Assembly (NCBI GenBank): GCA_051294375.1
Contig: CM119266.1
Span: forward strand, 23,322,590 to 23,386,412
Source of the DNA: Paraspadella gotoi
Taxonomy: Eukaryota > Animalia > Chaetognatha
Direction: 5' to 3'
Length of the DNA: 63,823 nt
Shown: piece by piece, positions 13,981 through 25,799 of the stretch
Layout: each line of letters opens with the position of its first letter
Numbering within the stretch: position 1 is the first letter of the stretch
The notes under the pieces: model-generated
The model's input: the letters and a program-made list of their open reading frames with translations, nothing else
The model's database searches: none
Told to the model about the DNA's origin: nothing
Program-made: the position numbers and the translations under genes

Positions 13981-16137
13981 ATTCCATACTACATCAATAA
14001 ATTAACTATTAGCAAATCAATATTCGTAATCCACATGCAATTATTCTTTTTTTTCCGGGCGGACTGTTTCATTAATTTTCTTTATACGCTAGCTGGCTCG
14101 AATGCAATTTACTACTTTTAAGATTTTAAAAAAAAAATTTTTATATAAAATAAAAAAGAAAAATTGACAAAAAGTTGATTAAATTAATTAACAGTTTGAG
14201 CAAACGATATGCAGTAATGTACTATTTTTTATTTACTGTACGAAAAGTGGCATTCCCTTTTCTTTTTAAGCGTAGTTTCAAACCTATTAAATAACAAAAT
14301 AATTAATTAAGGTAAGTAATTTTTTTTAAATATTAAAAAGTTTTTAACCTATAGTCTTTTCTTTTTTTTTAAATTCTTTTAGGGCAAAACAAAGCAATTA
14401 TCTGCTCTAATTCAATTGAGGCATAATTTTCTTTTAAATCTTTCACAAACATTGTTAAAAATATCAATTTTTTTAACAAAGATTATCAAAATAAGGCTAA
14501 AATAATAGGTTTAAAAAATTTAATTTGGGTAAGAAAAATAATTTAATTTATAATGCGAGGTATGTAACATAGTCATTTTTCCGCTCTACAAGATAGGATT
14601 GGGTTTCGTCCGCTGTAGTAATACAATCTTTTACAAAGATACTTTATTGAAAAAGTCATATTTTTTACCTTTTTTGCAAAATTTTTTCAAGAGTTGGCCA
14701 CATTTACTGTAAATTTTTTTTTTGAAAACAAATGTTCCAAAAATATTTTAATAAATGATAATATGGGCACCTTTTACACAAACGGTTTTTTGATTTGAAA
14801 ACTTTTCATATATGGAAAGGTCCTACTCTTTATGTCTGGCATTAGAAACTCCTCACCTTTTGTTGTGGCAATGTTAGTAACGAAAAGACTAGGTGAGACT
14901 CAAAATGTTGTGAGGTTTGTCCTCAATATTGCAACAAAATTTAAGTCCTTACTTAATCCTAGTCGCTTCGTGAAGAACGCTCTGCCCTTGCCGCTTCGGC
15001 CACTGAGAGAACGCTTCAATTGGCCTATTAAAACTAAAAAATCTTATTCTTTTTTTTCAATAAAAAACATATAAATAATGAGCACTTCTTCCCTTGATAT
15101 CTTTGGCAAATCTTATTCTTCTCATTTAAAATTTTGTAGCAATGTAATTTACATTTTCAAGTTACATTTTAAATTTTTTTTTCCAATACATGGACCCTAT
15201 CATTTTTTATAAGGTTTTGAAAGGGATGATTTTCTTAAATTTTACAAATGTATGAGTCTGTAAAACACAGAACAAGAAATCAAAATTTTCAAAAACAAAA
15301 TAGACTTTGGAATCAGCATGAATGTCTGCTTTCAACTAATGACCTTTATAGTTTTTAAAACTATTTTAAATATAGTTTTAAGACTATAATAATATTTTTT
15401 ATAATATTGGAAAATATTTGTTGGTATTTAAAATAATTTTTTTTAACAATTTTATTTGTGTTTATTTATTGAAAACTGGCTCTTGTTCAATGTATTCATT
15501 TTGTATAAACAAAAAGGAAATACAATTACTTTGGTATTTCAGAATACTTTTGAATATTATTATGACTAAATTAACTTAATACAAACAAAAAAAATAATTA
15601 ATTTAAAAAATTTTATTACAGTCGATTATGTAGGTCTTGTCTAGGAGTAATTTATGGAGAGCAAAAAAAATGAATAGGGCTAGCTTCATTACATAACTGC
15701 GGGCTAGAAGCAAATATTGTTAAAGAAAAATTTTAGGGTGCTGAGGACGCAATTTTTTGAATTTTAAAATCCGTCGCAACTGGGGAACACAACTAATAAC
15801 CTTCCTCATCCATTACTCACAGCTGAAGGGATGATTTCAACTCCTAGTTGAGAGATATCGGGCTCGCCCTCCAGTTTTCGAGTAAAGAAAAAGAGTTACT
15901 GTGTTGAAGGAATAAGTCAAAGAAAGAAAAGTAACAGAGAAAGAAATAAAAGACATGAGTAACGATGGAGAGGGAGTGACGAGCTCGGCCCGCCGGAATT
16001 AGATATTCATCTGCGCGAGGATGATCGGCGCTCGAGTGGATGAAACGGATATGTCTCTTCTTGCGTTCGAGTGAATTATTCTTATTTTATTTGCGATTCG
16101 GCGAAGGAAGAGGAGAGAGAGAGACGAGAGGAGAGAG

Positions 16138-16169
<32 letters not shown>

Positions 16170-16911
16170 TGAGACGAGAGAGAGAGAGAGAGACGAGAGC
16201 GAGAGAAGAGCATACAGACAGAGGGGGGCAGCGACTCAAGTTTTATTATTTATGAATTGGATACGAAGTTATAAAAAAAGGAGCAATTTTTGTGATGACT
16301 TTGTATTATTGTTTTATTCACAAAATTATTGTGTTTATCATTATCAGTTACATCTTTTCATGAATAAAGCCAAACGATTTCAGAAAAATGCGTCATAAAA
16401 AAAATAAAAAGAGGGACAAAAAAGATTTACAGCGACTTCTAGGAATCTCAAATCTTTGTTTTCCGACCAAAACTTTGCCTGCATTTTTTTTGGAACCGTG
16501 AAAGTCAGTTGAAGCGCAAGAAGAGGGAGAGGGTGTGTGAGGGAATATGAGAAGGAAAAACAAGAAAAAGAGAAGAGCGGAAGGAAATAACCGGAAGGGT
16601 CGGGGAATTAGGGTTATTATTTCGAATCTTCGGCTCTTTGACGGAACTCGTCGCTGCCGGTCGTCAAAATCTGGACGGACGGACGGAGGAATGACGCGGA
16701 CCGAACGCCCTTTGAACGCAATTTCGACACTGAGACTGCGTCATAATTTGGGGCCATGGGGTCCGACGATTATACAATAGCGGGGGCGCCCCACCCGATA
16801 TCAATTTGGGTCTATCCGAGACCTGCGAACCCATTTTTCGTATGATTATTTATAAACGAGAGAGACGAGAGAAACGAGAGGACTGAGGACGAGAGGAGAC
16901 GAGCAGAGAGA

Positions 16912-16953
<42 letters not shown>

Positions 16954-17203
16954 AGTGGTTGGAAAACAGACAGAGATGCGTCGTTGAATGTGAACAAACT
17001 TTTCCACCGCGAAAAAAAAATCGTATTTACCTTCAGCCATTTTGTTTTCTTCTATCTTTTGTTCTTTTTGTTCTTTTTTTTCCTTTTTTAATCCATTTTT
17101 TTTTCCCCGTCGCCGACAGTTCAGTACAAGAAAGAGGCTCTTGATTAAATATGCAAATTGAGTTTAAGGTGTGAAGTTTTGAAAAATGATTTTTAGGAAT
17201 ATT

Positions 17204-17297
<94 letters not shown>

Positions 17298-18016
17298 GCC
17301 GGTTCGTTATTATAAAAAATTCAGAGAGAGAGGCGACCCAACGTAGCAGTACGTAAGACCCCCTTCTTTTCTCTTTTCTTATTCGTCATTTTTCTCTTTA
17401 TTGTTTTTCTAAATCCTGTTTTTGTTTTCAGCTCAGGTTATTTTTTTTCCCAATTTTTCATTTCTCTTTTTTTCGCTTTCTTTCTTTCTTTCTTTCCTTC
17501 TTTCTTTCTTTCTTTCTTTCTTTCTTTTTTCATTTTTATATTTTCGATTTGTTTGCATGTTCCTACTTTCCTTTTTATCATCTCTTTATTCTTTCCTTCT
17601 ACTTTTTCTTTTCCTTTTCTTTTCAATTCTCCCTTTTTTTTCCGACATATTTCTGTTTTCTTGCCTCGGTCTTGTTTTTCACTCGCTCCCCCTTCCCTCT
17701 CCCGAGTTCAAAGTCTCCTTCCACTATTTTTTTTTCTTCAAAAAAATGCAAATCAATTCTGAGCAAAAAAGGAGAGCGATTTTTCACTGAGCGAAGTCGA
17801 CGGGAAGAAAGAGAAAAATCGTTCCTCTGCCTTCGCTGCGTCTTTGATATCAGTTCCGCCGTCGTCGTCGTCGTTGTCGTCGTCGTAGTCGTCGGCGGCG
17901 GCGGCGGCTGCTCTACCAGTTTGTTTCTTTTTTTTTCAGTTTTATTATTAATATTATTATTATTGATGTTACAAAAATTAAGTTCTCTATTATGCTAGCC
18001 TTTTAATGAAATGTGT

Positions 18017-18119
18017 GTGATGCAGGCCATAAACCACCAAAGCCTGTCCAAAGTCAGGGGCAAAATAGCTTAGTTAATAAATAAAGGGATAATTTTATCT
18101 TGGTTGTACCAATTTCATA
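18017..18119 (-). repeat. Inverted copy of the same dispersed repeat family (further fragments at ~4188-4270 and 62052-62074)
   Basis: AAACCACCAAAGCCTGTCCAAAGTCAGGGGCAAAATAGCT...TTGGTTGTACCAATTTCATA is the reverse complement of ~2704-2808. Confidence 0.85.
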
Positions 18120-19056
18120 TAATTTTATAAAATTTACCTTAGCAAAATAAGATTTCTATAATAGAACATAAAATTAAATCACTTATTTAGTTACTACTAC
18201 TTTTTATACTATCACCGATAGAATTCGATCAAAGCGGCGCTATAGTTAAAACAAAAAGAATTCGAAAGCTTTTGAAAAAGAAAAACATTTTAATTTCGCA
18301 GCGAAAAATGTTCACTTTTGATCAGATTTCAAATTCCGAATGCATAAAATCATTAATTAAACCGGATTTTACGCAACGCGTCTGGGAGAAACTAAAGGAG
18401 ACAGAGAGGATATAAAGAAAAGAAAAGAAAACAAGAAAGGAATTGGGACGGAAAAGAGAGAATATAATTAGAAAAGAAATAAGGAAATGATAATAAGAAA
18501 TGAACTGGAGCAAAATTATCAGATTTCCTTTATTACGAATTGAAAACCGTAACCGGTAGCAACGATCGTTTTGTCTCTCTTTCTAGATCCCTTTCTCTTT
18601 TTCTCTTTTTCTCTTTTTCTCTTTTCTCTTTTTCTATTTTTCTATTTTTCTATTTTTCTATTTTTCTATTTTTCTCTTTTTCTCTTTTTCTTCTTTTCTC
18701 TTTTTTTCTTCTTCGATGTTAAAATTGAAATAAAACTATCGAGATCTTTTTTTTTTCGTTTTGACTCGAGCATGGGGAGGAACCAGACAAGGAGCAAGAA
18801 AAATATGGAAAAAGAAAAAAAGAAGAAAAAAGAAGAAAAAAGAAGAAAGCCTCCGGCCACGTCGCGATTCCGCGTTGAATGGAATGAGGAGAGAGAGCGA
18901 GACAGAGATGGAGAGAGAGACAGACAGAGAAAGAGAGGGTGAAAGAGAAAAAAGTTTTGGAGATTTCGGAGCCCTGAAAGGATGAGAGAGAAAAAAAAAG
19001 GGGAACCACACACGTCGCGCAAACACGCGGCGACAGAGAGAGAGAGAGAGGAGAGA

Positions 19057-19121
<65 letters not shown>

Positions 19122-20393
19122 AGAAGAGAGAGAGAGAGAGATTCCGGAGGCAAAAGAGGCGGTGAAACAGCCTCGACTTGGCGCGTCGTTCTGACACCCA
19201 AAACGATTTTTCAGCTCAAGCCGAGCCGGATGGTGGTGGAGCGGAAAGAGGGGGATTGTGAGGGTGGGAGTGAGTGGTCGGGGTTATGGGTGTGTGCAGT
19301 TGGAGCAGTGTTGGAGAATGACAGATGTGGCTGGCGTTGTACTGTGCCAGCTGGTATATTAGGGTTGGAGTAATGAAAAGATTGAGTGATTGAACATTAT
19401 TTTTTTTTTGCCTATGGATATGTAATTAATAAATTTTAAATCTTTTTTGCAGTATAGTAAATTCAATTATTTATGTAGTAATATCCTTATAAAATCGTTA
19501 AATTTCAAAATATTTTTATTTTATTTTTAATAACAGATTTGGATTCGCCATAAAAAATTAAGAAACTTTTATAAAATATGTTATATGATATTTTAATATT
19601 TGGATCACAAAACAAAACGTTTTAATATTTATAAGTTTCTATTACAGAGAATAAAAAAGTCTTTCTGTTTTAAATGCTGAAGATGACAGAATTTTTGATA
19701 ACATGTTTTACGTTTTTAATTTAACTTTTTATGAAGGATCTGAATATTTATTAAAATTATTAATAAATTATTAATAAAATTATTTTTAAAATTTACTATT
19801 TAATAAGAATATTACTACAAATATATTATATTTTACTATTCTGTTCCCGAGACAATATGAACAAAATATTTTTTGTACTAGTTAATCATACTATCTCACT
19901 TCTAAATATCCTTGTTCGATCACTCAAATAAATTTTTGGTTCTTGAGTGCTCCACTCTACTGTATATAGAGGGACTAAGAGGTGGAAATGGTGAGATTAG
20001 GAAAATGAAGCAGGAGCCGAGAAAAACAAGGGAATTCGGAACGACGTGATGAGACGTTAAAAAGTTAAGAAGCTAATAAGTACTTATGGAAGAATTAAAA
20101 GGAAAAATTACTTCAGTTGGGGCGAATTTAACTATAAGGACAACCAGTAGTTTTGCCAATACATGTTAAACGCTCTCAAGGGCTTAAACTAAACTTTTAG
20201 GGGAGAATAAAGGGAGAGAAAAGATGTTAAAAAAATGAATGTGGATATATGGATATATGGATAACAAAAGAAATTGTAAGGAAAGGGTGAAAAAGTCGGC
20301 GAGACTGAAGATCCTAAGCTGAAGAAGTCGCCGCCCAAAACCTGAATCCACGAAGCAAACAAAATCCATCAACGACAAAACCGATTCGCGGCA

Positions 20394-20428
<35 letters not shown>

Positions 20429-21025
20429 AACAGCCTCGAGTGAGAGGAATTGTCGCTGGGGTGTGACTGAAGTGATTAGAAAAAGAAATTCTTTACAGTA
20501 GGAGTCCCTGCGTCTAAGCTAATTTATTTTTTCATTATTTTCTTTGCAATAGTAGCGGTAGTTTTATTGACTATTCAATTCTGTATAAATGTGTTTTAAT
20601 TTTTGACGAAGTAAACGTTTATCTGCCAAATTATCGAACTATTAAATTTGCCATCTGAGTTTTTCAGAAAAATTTGAACCAAATTTTTTAGATTTATTGA
20701 GATTACTGTCTTCTAAACTTAACTATAAACATATTTGTACAATTTTTTTTATTACCCCTACTATTAAAACGATTTTTAGGATGGATAATAAATAATTAAT
20801 ATTATATTGAATCAAATCGTTTAACAAATAAATAGAATAATAAATAGTAGTTATTTTTTAATATATGCAACAATGAAGAAAGTTATAAGAAGCGTACACT
20901 TTGAATTCCCATCGTTCATTACTACTTCAATCCCCGACCCAAAACCCGACAACACGTCCGCGATCACTCTTTACATTTCCATCCCTTCACCCCTTCGCAT
21001 CAACCTCACCCCACGTGAAACTCAC

Positions 21026-21869
21026 CGTGACTCATGTGAACCTTCCTCATCCAAGGATAAATCTGAACTTGAGGCGTCGATGACGTCGTCGTCGTCGGCG
21101 TCGTTTCTCCGTCGCCGTCGCTGCTTCCGGTCGACGCCGGGGAGGAGCCACCGGCGTCCCGGCCGCCGCCGCCGCCGCCGGAAGTCGACGAGGAGCTTCC
21201 CTTGGCGCCGTTGCTGTTGGAGGAGGAGGATCCGGAGGAGGAGGAGGCGTTCGAGGAAGAGTTCGAGGAGGAAGAGGCGGAGGAGGAAGAGGAGTTGTTG
21301 GAAGAGGAAGATGACGAGTTGTTGTTGTTGTTGTTGGAGGTCGTCGTCAGGGCTGGATTCGCCTCCGAGTTGGAGGAGGACGAGGAGGACGTCGAAGACG
21401 ACGACGACGACGAGGAAGAGGAGGAGGAGGCGCCGTTGTTGTTGTCTTGCCTGGCGACGGGCGCCGGTTTCTGATCCTGCGGAAGATGGTGATGATGTTG
21501 ATGATTGGCGCCGAGAGACGGCGTCGTCTGCTGCGTCGTGGGAGAAACGCCGGCGCCGCCGTGGAAGTGTTCGCTGCCGCGTCCGCCGCCGACGCCGCCC
21601 TGACCCCCGGGACTCACCCCGCCGCCGCCGGCCGTCGAGGGAGAAGGCGGCGGCGCCAAGTGGGTGGAGTGGTGATGGTGGTGAGCGGGAGGCGGCTGCG
21701 GAGTCGCCGCGCCGAGGCCAGCCATGTGGTGGCTATTGTGCAGAGCCTGCGGCGAGGCGGCGTTCTGCTGCTGATGGCGGGAGGCGGAGGAATGGTGGAG
21801 GTGGTGACTTTGATGGAGGTGGTTGTGCTGTTGGTGGCCGGCGATGGAGGAGACGGAGGGAATGGGCAC
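21026..21869 (-). CDS. Hox5: Hox5/Scr-type homeobox gene, coding exon 2 with YPWM hexapeptide
   Basis: 844-nt open exon VPIPSVSS...(His/Gln/Gly/Ser/Asn-rich)...TPQVQIYPWMRKVHMSH-G|GTGAGT. QIYPWMRKVHMSH closely resembles the Hox5/Scr hexapeptide context (vertebrate Hox5 QIYPWMRKLHISH). The consensus phase-1 donor at 21025 is where Hox genes normally splice to the homeobox exon. Confidence 0.9.
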
Positions 21870-22117
21870 CTGAGGAAGGGGGTCAAGGGAGTTTAAGGTT
21901 TTAACTAATTTTTTTTAAACTATTTAATTAACTAATTTAAAAACAAGGGTCCTCGAGAAGGTTAGATTTTCATGTCGGCGACGTGGGAAATATAGATTTT
22001 TACACTGGTAGAATTAATATAACTATTAGTATAAATTTATAATCATTATCTTCACTATCATTAGCATTATACATTTATAAACATTATCTTCACCATAATT
22101 ATCATTATGAGCCCAAC
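21870..22117 (-). other. 248-bp GT-AG intron of the Hox5-like gene (phase 0)
   Basis: AT-rich segment between two GC-rich coding blocks. Donor GTTGGG at 22117; acceptor ...ttgacccccttcctcAG at 21871-21870. Phases match (SK|VPIP). Confidence 0.8.
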
Positions 22118-22595
22118 CTTTGAGTAAGCGCCGGCGTTGGCGACGGTGTTGGCGACGAGATCGGCGCCGAATCCCCCCATCGACGCCGGCGAGGGCGACC
22201 CGCTCTCCATCGAGGGACTCGGACTCAGCGGCGGCTCCACGAACCCTCCTCCATTGTCCACGCCGTTGTGCTGTTGCTGCTGTTGCTGCTGCACCGAGAG
22301 TTGTTGAGAGCTGCTGTGTTGATGGTAGCCGCCATGGCCCAGAACACGCGCCGTGATGGCGCGGCCGGCGGCGGCGCGGCGTAGGTGCGCCCAGGAAGTT
22401 GGGAGCGGCGGGTTAAGCGCTTTGGAAGGCGGCGGCGATGCTGTTCGGGTCGTGCTGCGACGAGAATGCGTGCTGCTGCTGCTGTTGACCGGCGGGGTCC
22501 ATGCCGCCTGGCTGCTGCTGCTGCTGCTGTTGACCGCCGTAGCACTGGTTCGTTGCGGCCGCGGCCGAGAGGGAGTTGACGAAGTAGGACGACAT
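22118..22595 (-). CDS. Hox5: Hox5/Scr-type homeobox gene, coding exon 1 (N-terminal SSYF motif; net 1-nt frameshift and in-frame TAA at 22415-22413)
   Basis: ATG at 22595 gives MSSYFVNSLSAAAATNQCYG..., the SSYF N-terminal motif typical of Hox5/Scr and related central Hox proteins. The frame stops at TAA 22415-22413. An adjacent open frame (...LGHGGYHQHSSSQQLSVQQQ...ANAGAYSK) runs to a phase-0 donor AAG|GTTGGG at 22118/22117. The exon spans 478 nt (3n+1). Confidence 0.8.
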
Positions 22596-23518
22596 GTCTT
22601 CGGTCGGGAAACGACGGAGAACCGACGATGTCGTTTCTTTGTCTAATTTGTCCCTTTGTTAACTTTGTTCGTTATTTGTTTTTTTTTATATATTTTAAAA
22701 GAGCAGGCCGCGCGAACGGGTTAAACTTAACCTCTTCAAGACGACGCCGTTTCCGAGTAGAGACGGTGGCGCCGCTGCGATCCTGAGCGCCGTTTCCATC
22801 CAGAAAACGAAGACGCCGATTTGACCGGAAGTTCAGATTTGTAACCTGTTTTTTTCTTTTACGCCCGCGCGTGACGCAAAGATGGACTGATGGTTAAAAA
22901 CTCTTTGTTTTGTTTTTTTTGGTTTTTTTGTTTTTTGTTTTTGAAAGGAGAAAGAATGTCGACGCGTTTCAACGCTAAAAAATCGAAGGAAATCTCTTTG
23001 CGGCGAATTCGGGAGAAATAAAAAACAAAAGAAGAGAGAGAGGAAAGACAACTTAAAAACTGGAAAAGGGAAAAAGATAAATTTGATTAAACATAAACTT
23101 CGTTCCAAAAAAATGGATAACAATTTAATATTAACATTGACGCGATTCTAAAACAGAATCTTCACAGTCGCGAGCGAGGCACGATATAGTTTGTAAACGA
23201 TTCTTTATTATTTTTCGATTTCAAACTTCGGTCTTTGCAAGAGAAAAAAAACGTTGTTATGATTTTCGATCTTTTTGTTTACGACGTCTTTGACACTGAG
23301 AAAAATTGAAAGAAAAACGGGTATTTGTTCAATATTTTTTTTCCAGGAAGAGGCCACTGGCCAAGGTCGAGTAGACTTTTAAAAAACCGACGGAATCACG
23401 TAACTTTTTGGGGTTTTTTTGAAATTTGTTTTGGTGTTGTTTATTAAATTCTGAAAGAAAGAGGTGGAAGAGAATGAAAGAAAAAAGAAAGAAAGAAGAA
23501 AAGAAAGAAAGAAATATA

Positions 23519-23538
23519 TAAATAAATAAATAAATGAA

Positions 23539-23569
<31 letters not shown>

Positions 23570-23574
23570 ATATA

Positions 23575-23613
<39 letters not shown>

Positions 23614-23620
23614 AGAAATA

Positions 23621-23672
<52 letters not shown>
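23519..23672. repeat. Compound microsatellite (TAAA)n-(AAAG)n upstream of the Hox5 ATG
   Basis: Direct reading of the sequence. Confidence 0.95.
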
Positions 23673-24276
23673 AATGTAAATATGTAAATTTGAATACGTA
23701 GCTATAAATATTTAAAGGCACAACAACTAAAAAAAAAATTAAAAAAAAAAAACCAGTCAAGCAAGCAAGGACAAGAACAAGCAGTATTTTTAGACTTTTC
23801 AAGTGGGAGGAATTTCGAGATTCGATGGGAAAGACGAAGACACGAATTCCTCAGTGACGCGCGCGTGGGGGGGGAGAGATCGTGCAGGACGTCTTGAGGA
23901 GGAAGGGGAGGAGGAGAAGGAGGAAGAGGAGGAGGAGGATGCGAAGGAGGACGACGACGACAACGACGTAGTGAAACACAGCTCGAGTGAAGAGAAAATA
24001 TCGAGATCGTGAGTATAAAAATCGAATAAAGGTGAAGCGATTTAACTTCGTTATACTAAAGTCAAAAAATAATTAATTTTATCGATATAAATTCTCTTTA
24101 TTTTTTTAAATAGTTTTAGACAAAGAAATCTAAAACCCGTCTTAGCGCGCATACTTTCGAAAACGAGGAATGATGAAAGGCATAACGGATATTTTATTCT
24201 GAGCAGTGAGCACCAGTAGCGGTCCCTTTTTTTTATATTATCATACGGTTATGGAGAATAATGAATATAAACGAAG

Positions 24277-24310
<34 letters not shown>

Positions 24311-24544
24311 ACGCCGCCGCCGCCGACGCCGCCGCGGAGACTTCGGAGAGAAGCAAAGGTCATTCCGCGCACAAGAGTCCACTTCGACGAGACACTTGGG
24401 GAAAGAGGGGGGAAGAGGGAGGGAGAAGAAGAGGGAAAGAAGAAAAGGGAAGGAAAGATTAAAGACAATTTAATGATGAAGAAGAAGAAGGAAGGGAGAA
24501 AGCCGGTCGAACAGTAAAAACCTAGAGATAGTGAGAGAAGAAGA

Positions 24545-24595
<51 letters not shown>

Positions 24596-24669
24596 TAGAG
24601 AGAGAGAGAGGAGAGAGAGAGAGAAGAAGAGACGAGAGAGGAGAGGAGAGAGAGAGAGAGACCCCCTTT

Positions 24670-24830
24670 GCGCAGCGCACGCACGCGCGCGCGATTTTTC
24701 GTCGAACGAGATGAAGACGTGCGCGTGCGAGATTTCGGCGGATATATTTATGGACGAGGCGGCGGTCAGGGCGGCGCCGCGGCGGCTGGGCGCCTGCGGC
24801 GCGGGTCCGGTTGTCAGGCGACGGCGAAAG
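24670..24830 (-). promoter_or_regulatory. Candidate Hox5 promoter region
   Basis: GC/CpG-rich island about 2.1 kb upstream of the ATG, with minus-strand CCATAAATATAT (24753-24742) embedded. No transcript evidence. Confidence 0.25.
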
Positions 24831-25453
24831 ATGAAGAATGAGGGTCGCAGATTCGAAAACCGTCTGGAGAACGTTTCGTCACGTCGTCTGAGAAGATGGT
24901 TGGAGTATGGAGGCGGTGGAGGGTGGATGTGGTAGGTTAGAATAAGGTGGTTGCGGAGGGAGAGGGGAAATCTGAGGGGGAGGGGTCAGTACTGACTGGT
25001 GATATAACGAGCTGAAGGTCTGTTTGGAGAGGTTGTGAATGGTAACGAAAGGAAGCGAGGAGGAATTTGTGAACGGTTAAAGAGTGTTCAAAAAAAATCG
25101 TTCACGAGCGAAATGAACTGGGATGGCCAAAAGCGATGGACTTTAAGAGAGAGGTAGTTTAGGAACAAGAGTTTTTTTGGTCTGAGATTCACGTTGATCG
25201 TTCTTTATGGGTTCGTCAGCAGCGTGGTGAAAACGTAAAACATCTGGAGAGAAAGAAAAAAAATGTTGTTTCACGATTTTGCTTTGTTTGTTAAAATGTC
25301 TGTATAATTATTCGTAACATGAGGTTTTAAATTAAAATTTAAAAACATTTAATTTACGCTGAATAGCTTCCGCTTTGTGAAAAAAAAAATACTCGCGCTG
25401 CGGGATCTTTTTTCTGGAGAGAACCTTCACAGTTTCTTGCATCCTCCTTCTGC

Positions 25454-25507
<54 letters not shown>

Positions 25508-25724
25508 TCTCTCTCTCATCTCTCTTCGATCTCTCTGCCTCTCTCTCCTCCGCGAGTAACTGTGATGATGGCGGGAGGAATTGAAAGAGTGCGAGGAGGA
25601 CAGCCCGCGACAATTCTGTACGAGGAGGTGAGAGGAGGCTACTCGGGATTGAGTGGATAATTACCATCACGACAAAATTATAATGCTCTCACGTTTTCCA
25701 GGAAAGAGAGACGGACGAGAGAGA

Positions 25725-25799
<75 letters not shown>

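Larger units (their letters stand above)
10899..15901. mobile_element. Non-autonomous foldback-like DNA transposon, Tc1/mariner-type ends, about 1.3-kb TIRs
   Basis: Starts CAGTAACTTTTTTTCTTTACTTCGATAAACTGGAGGG (10899) and ends CCCTCCAGTTTTCGAGTAAAGAAAAAGAGTTACTG (15901). Inverted similarity runs 10899-~12212 vs ~14585-15901. It interrupts the duplicated sequence exactly at the TA that is empty at 5649-5650. No transposase ORF was recognised. Confidence 0.8.
9107..17210 (-). repeat. Inverted duplication 1, arm A' (indel-rich copy containing the 5-kb transposon); likely assembly artefact or alternative haplotype
   Basis: Begins right after a 25-N gap (9082-9106) and ends in a (CT)n tract at ~17210. 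It differs from arm A mainly by 1-2 nt indels. Confidence 0.9.
1..21025 (-). other. Presumed large intron between the hexapeptide exon and the unseen homeobox exon
   Basis: Begins with a GTGAGT donor. No KIWFQNRRMKWK-type sequence was found on the minus strand in 1-21025. About 8 kb of this span is probably an assembly duplication. Confidence 0.6.

Noticed and set aside
20873-21904. 343-aa plus-strand Arg-rich ORF and the overlapping Glu-rich ORFs
   Set aside because: Antisense shadows of the GC-rich, trinucleotide-repeat Hox5 exon 2.
24531-24660. GAGA tracts as Polycomb response elements
   Set aside because: (GA)n tracts are ubiquitous in the window and look like genome-wide microsatellites; not specific evidence.
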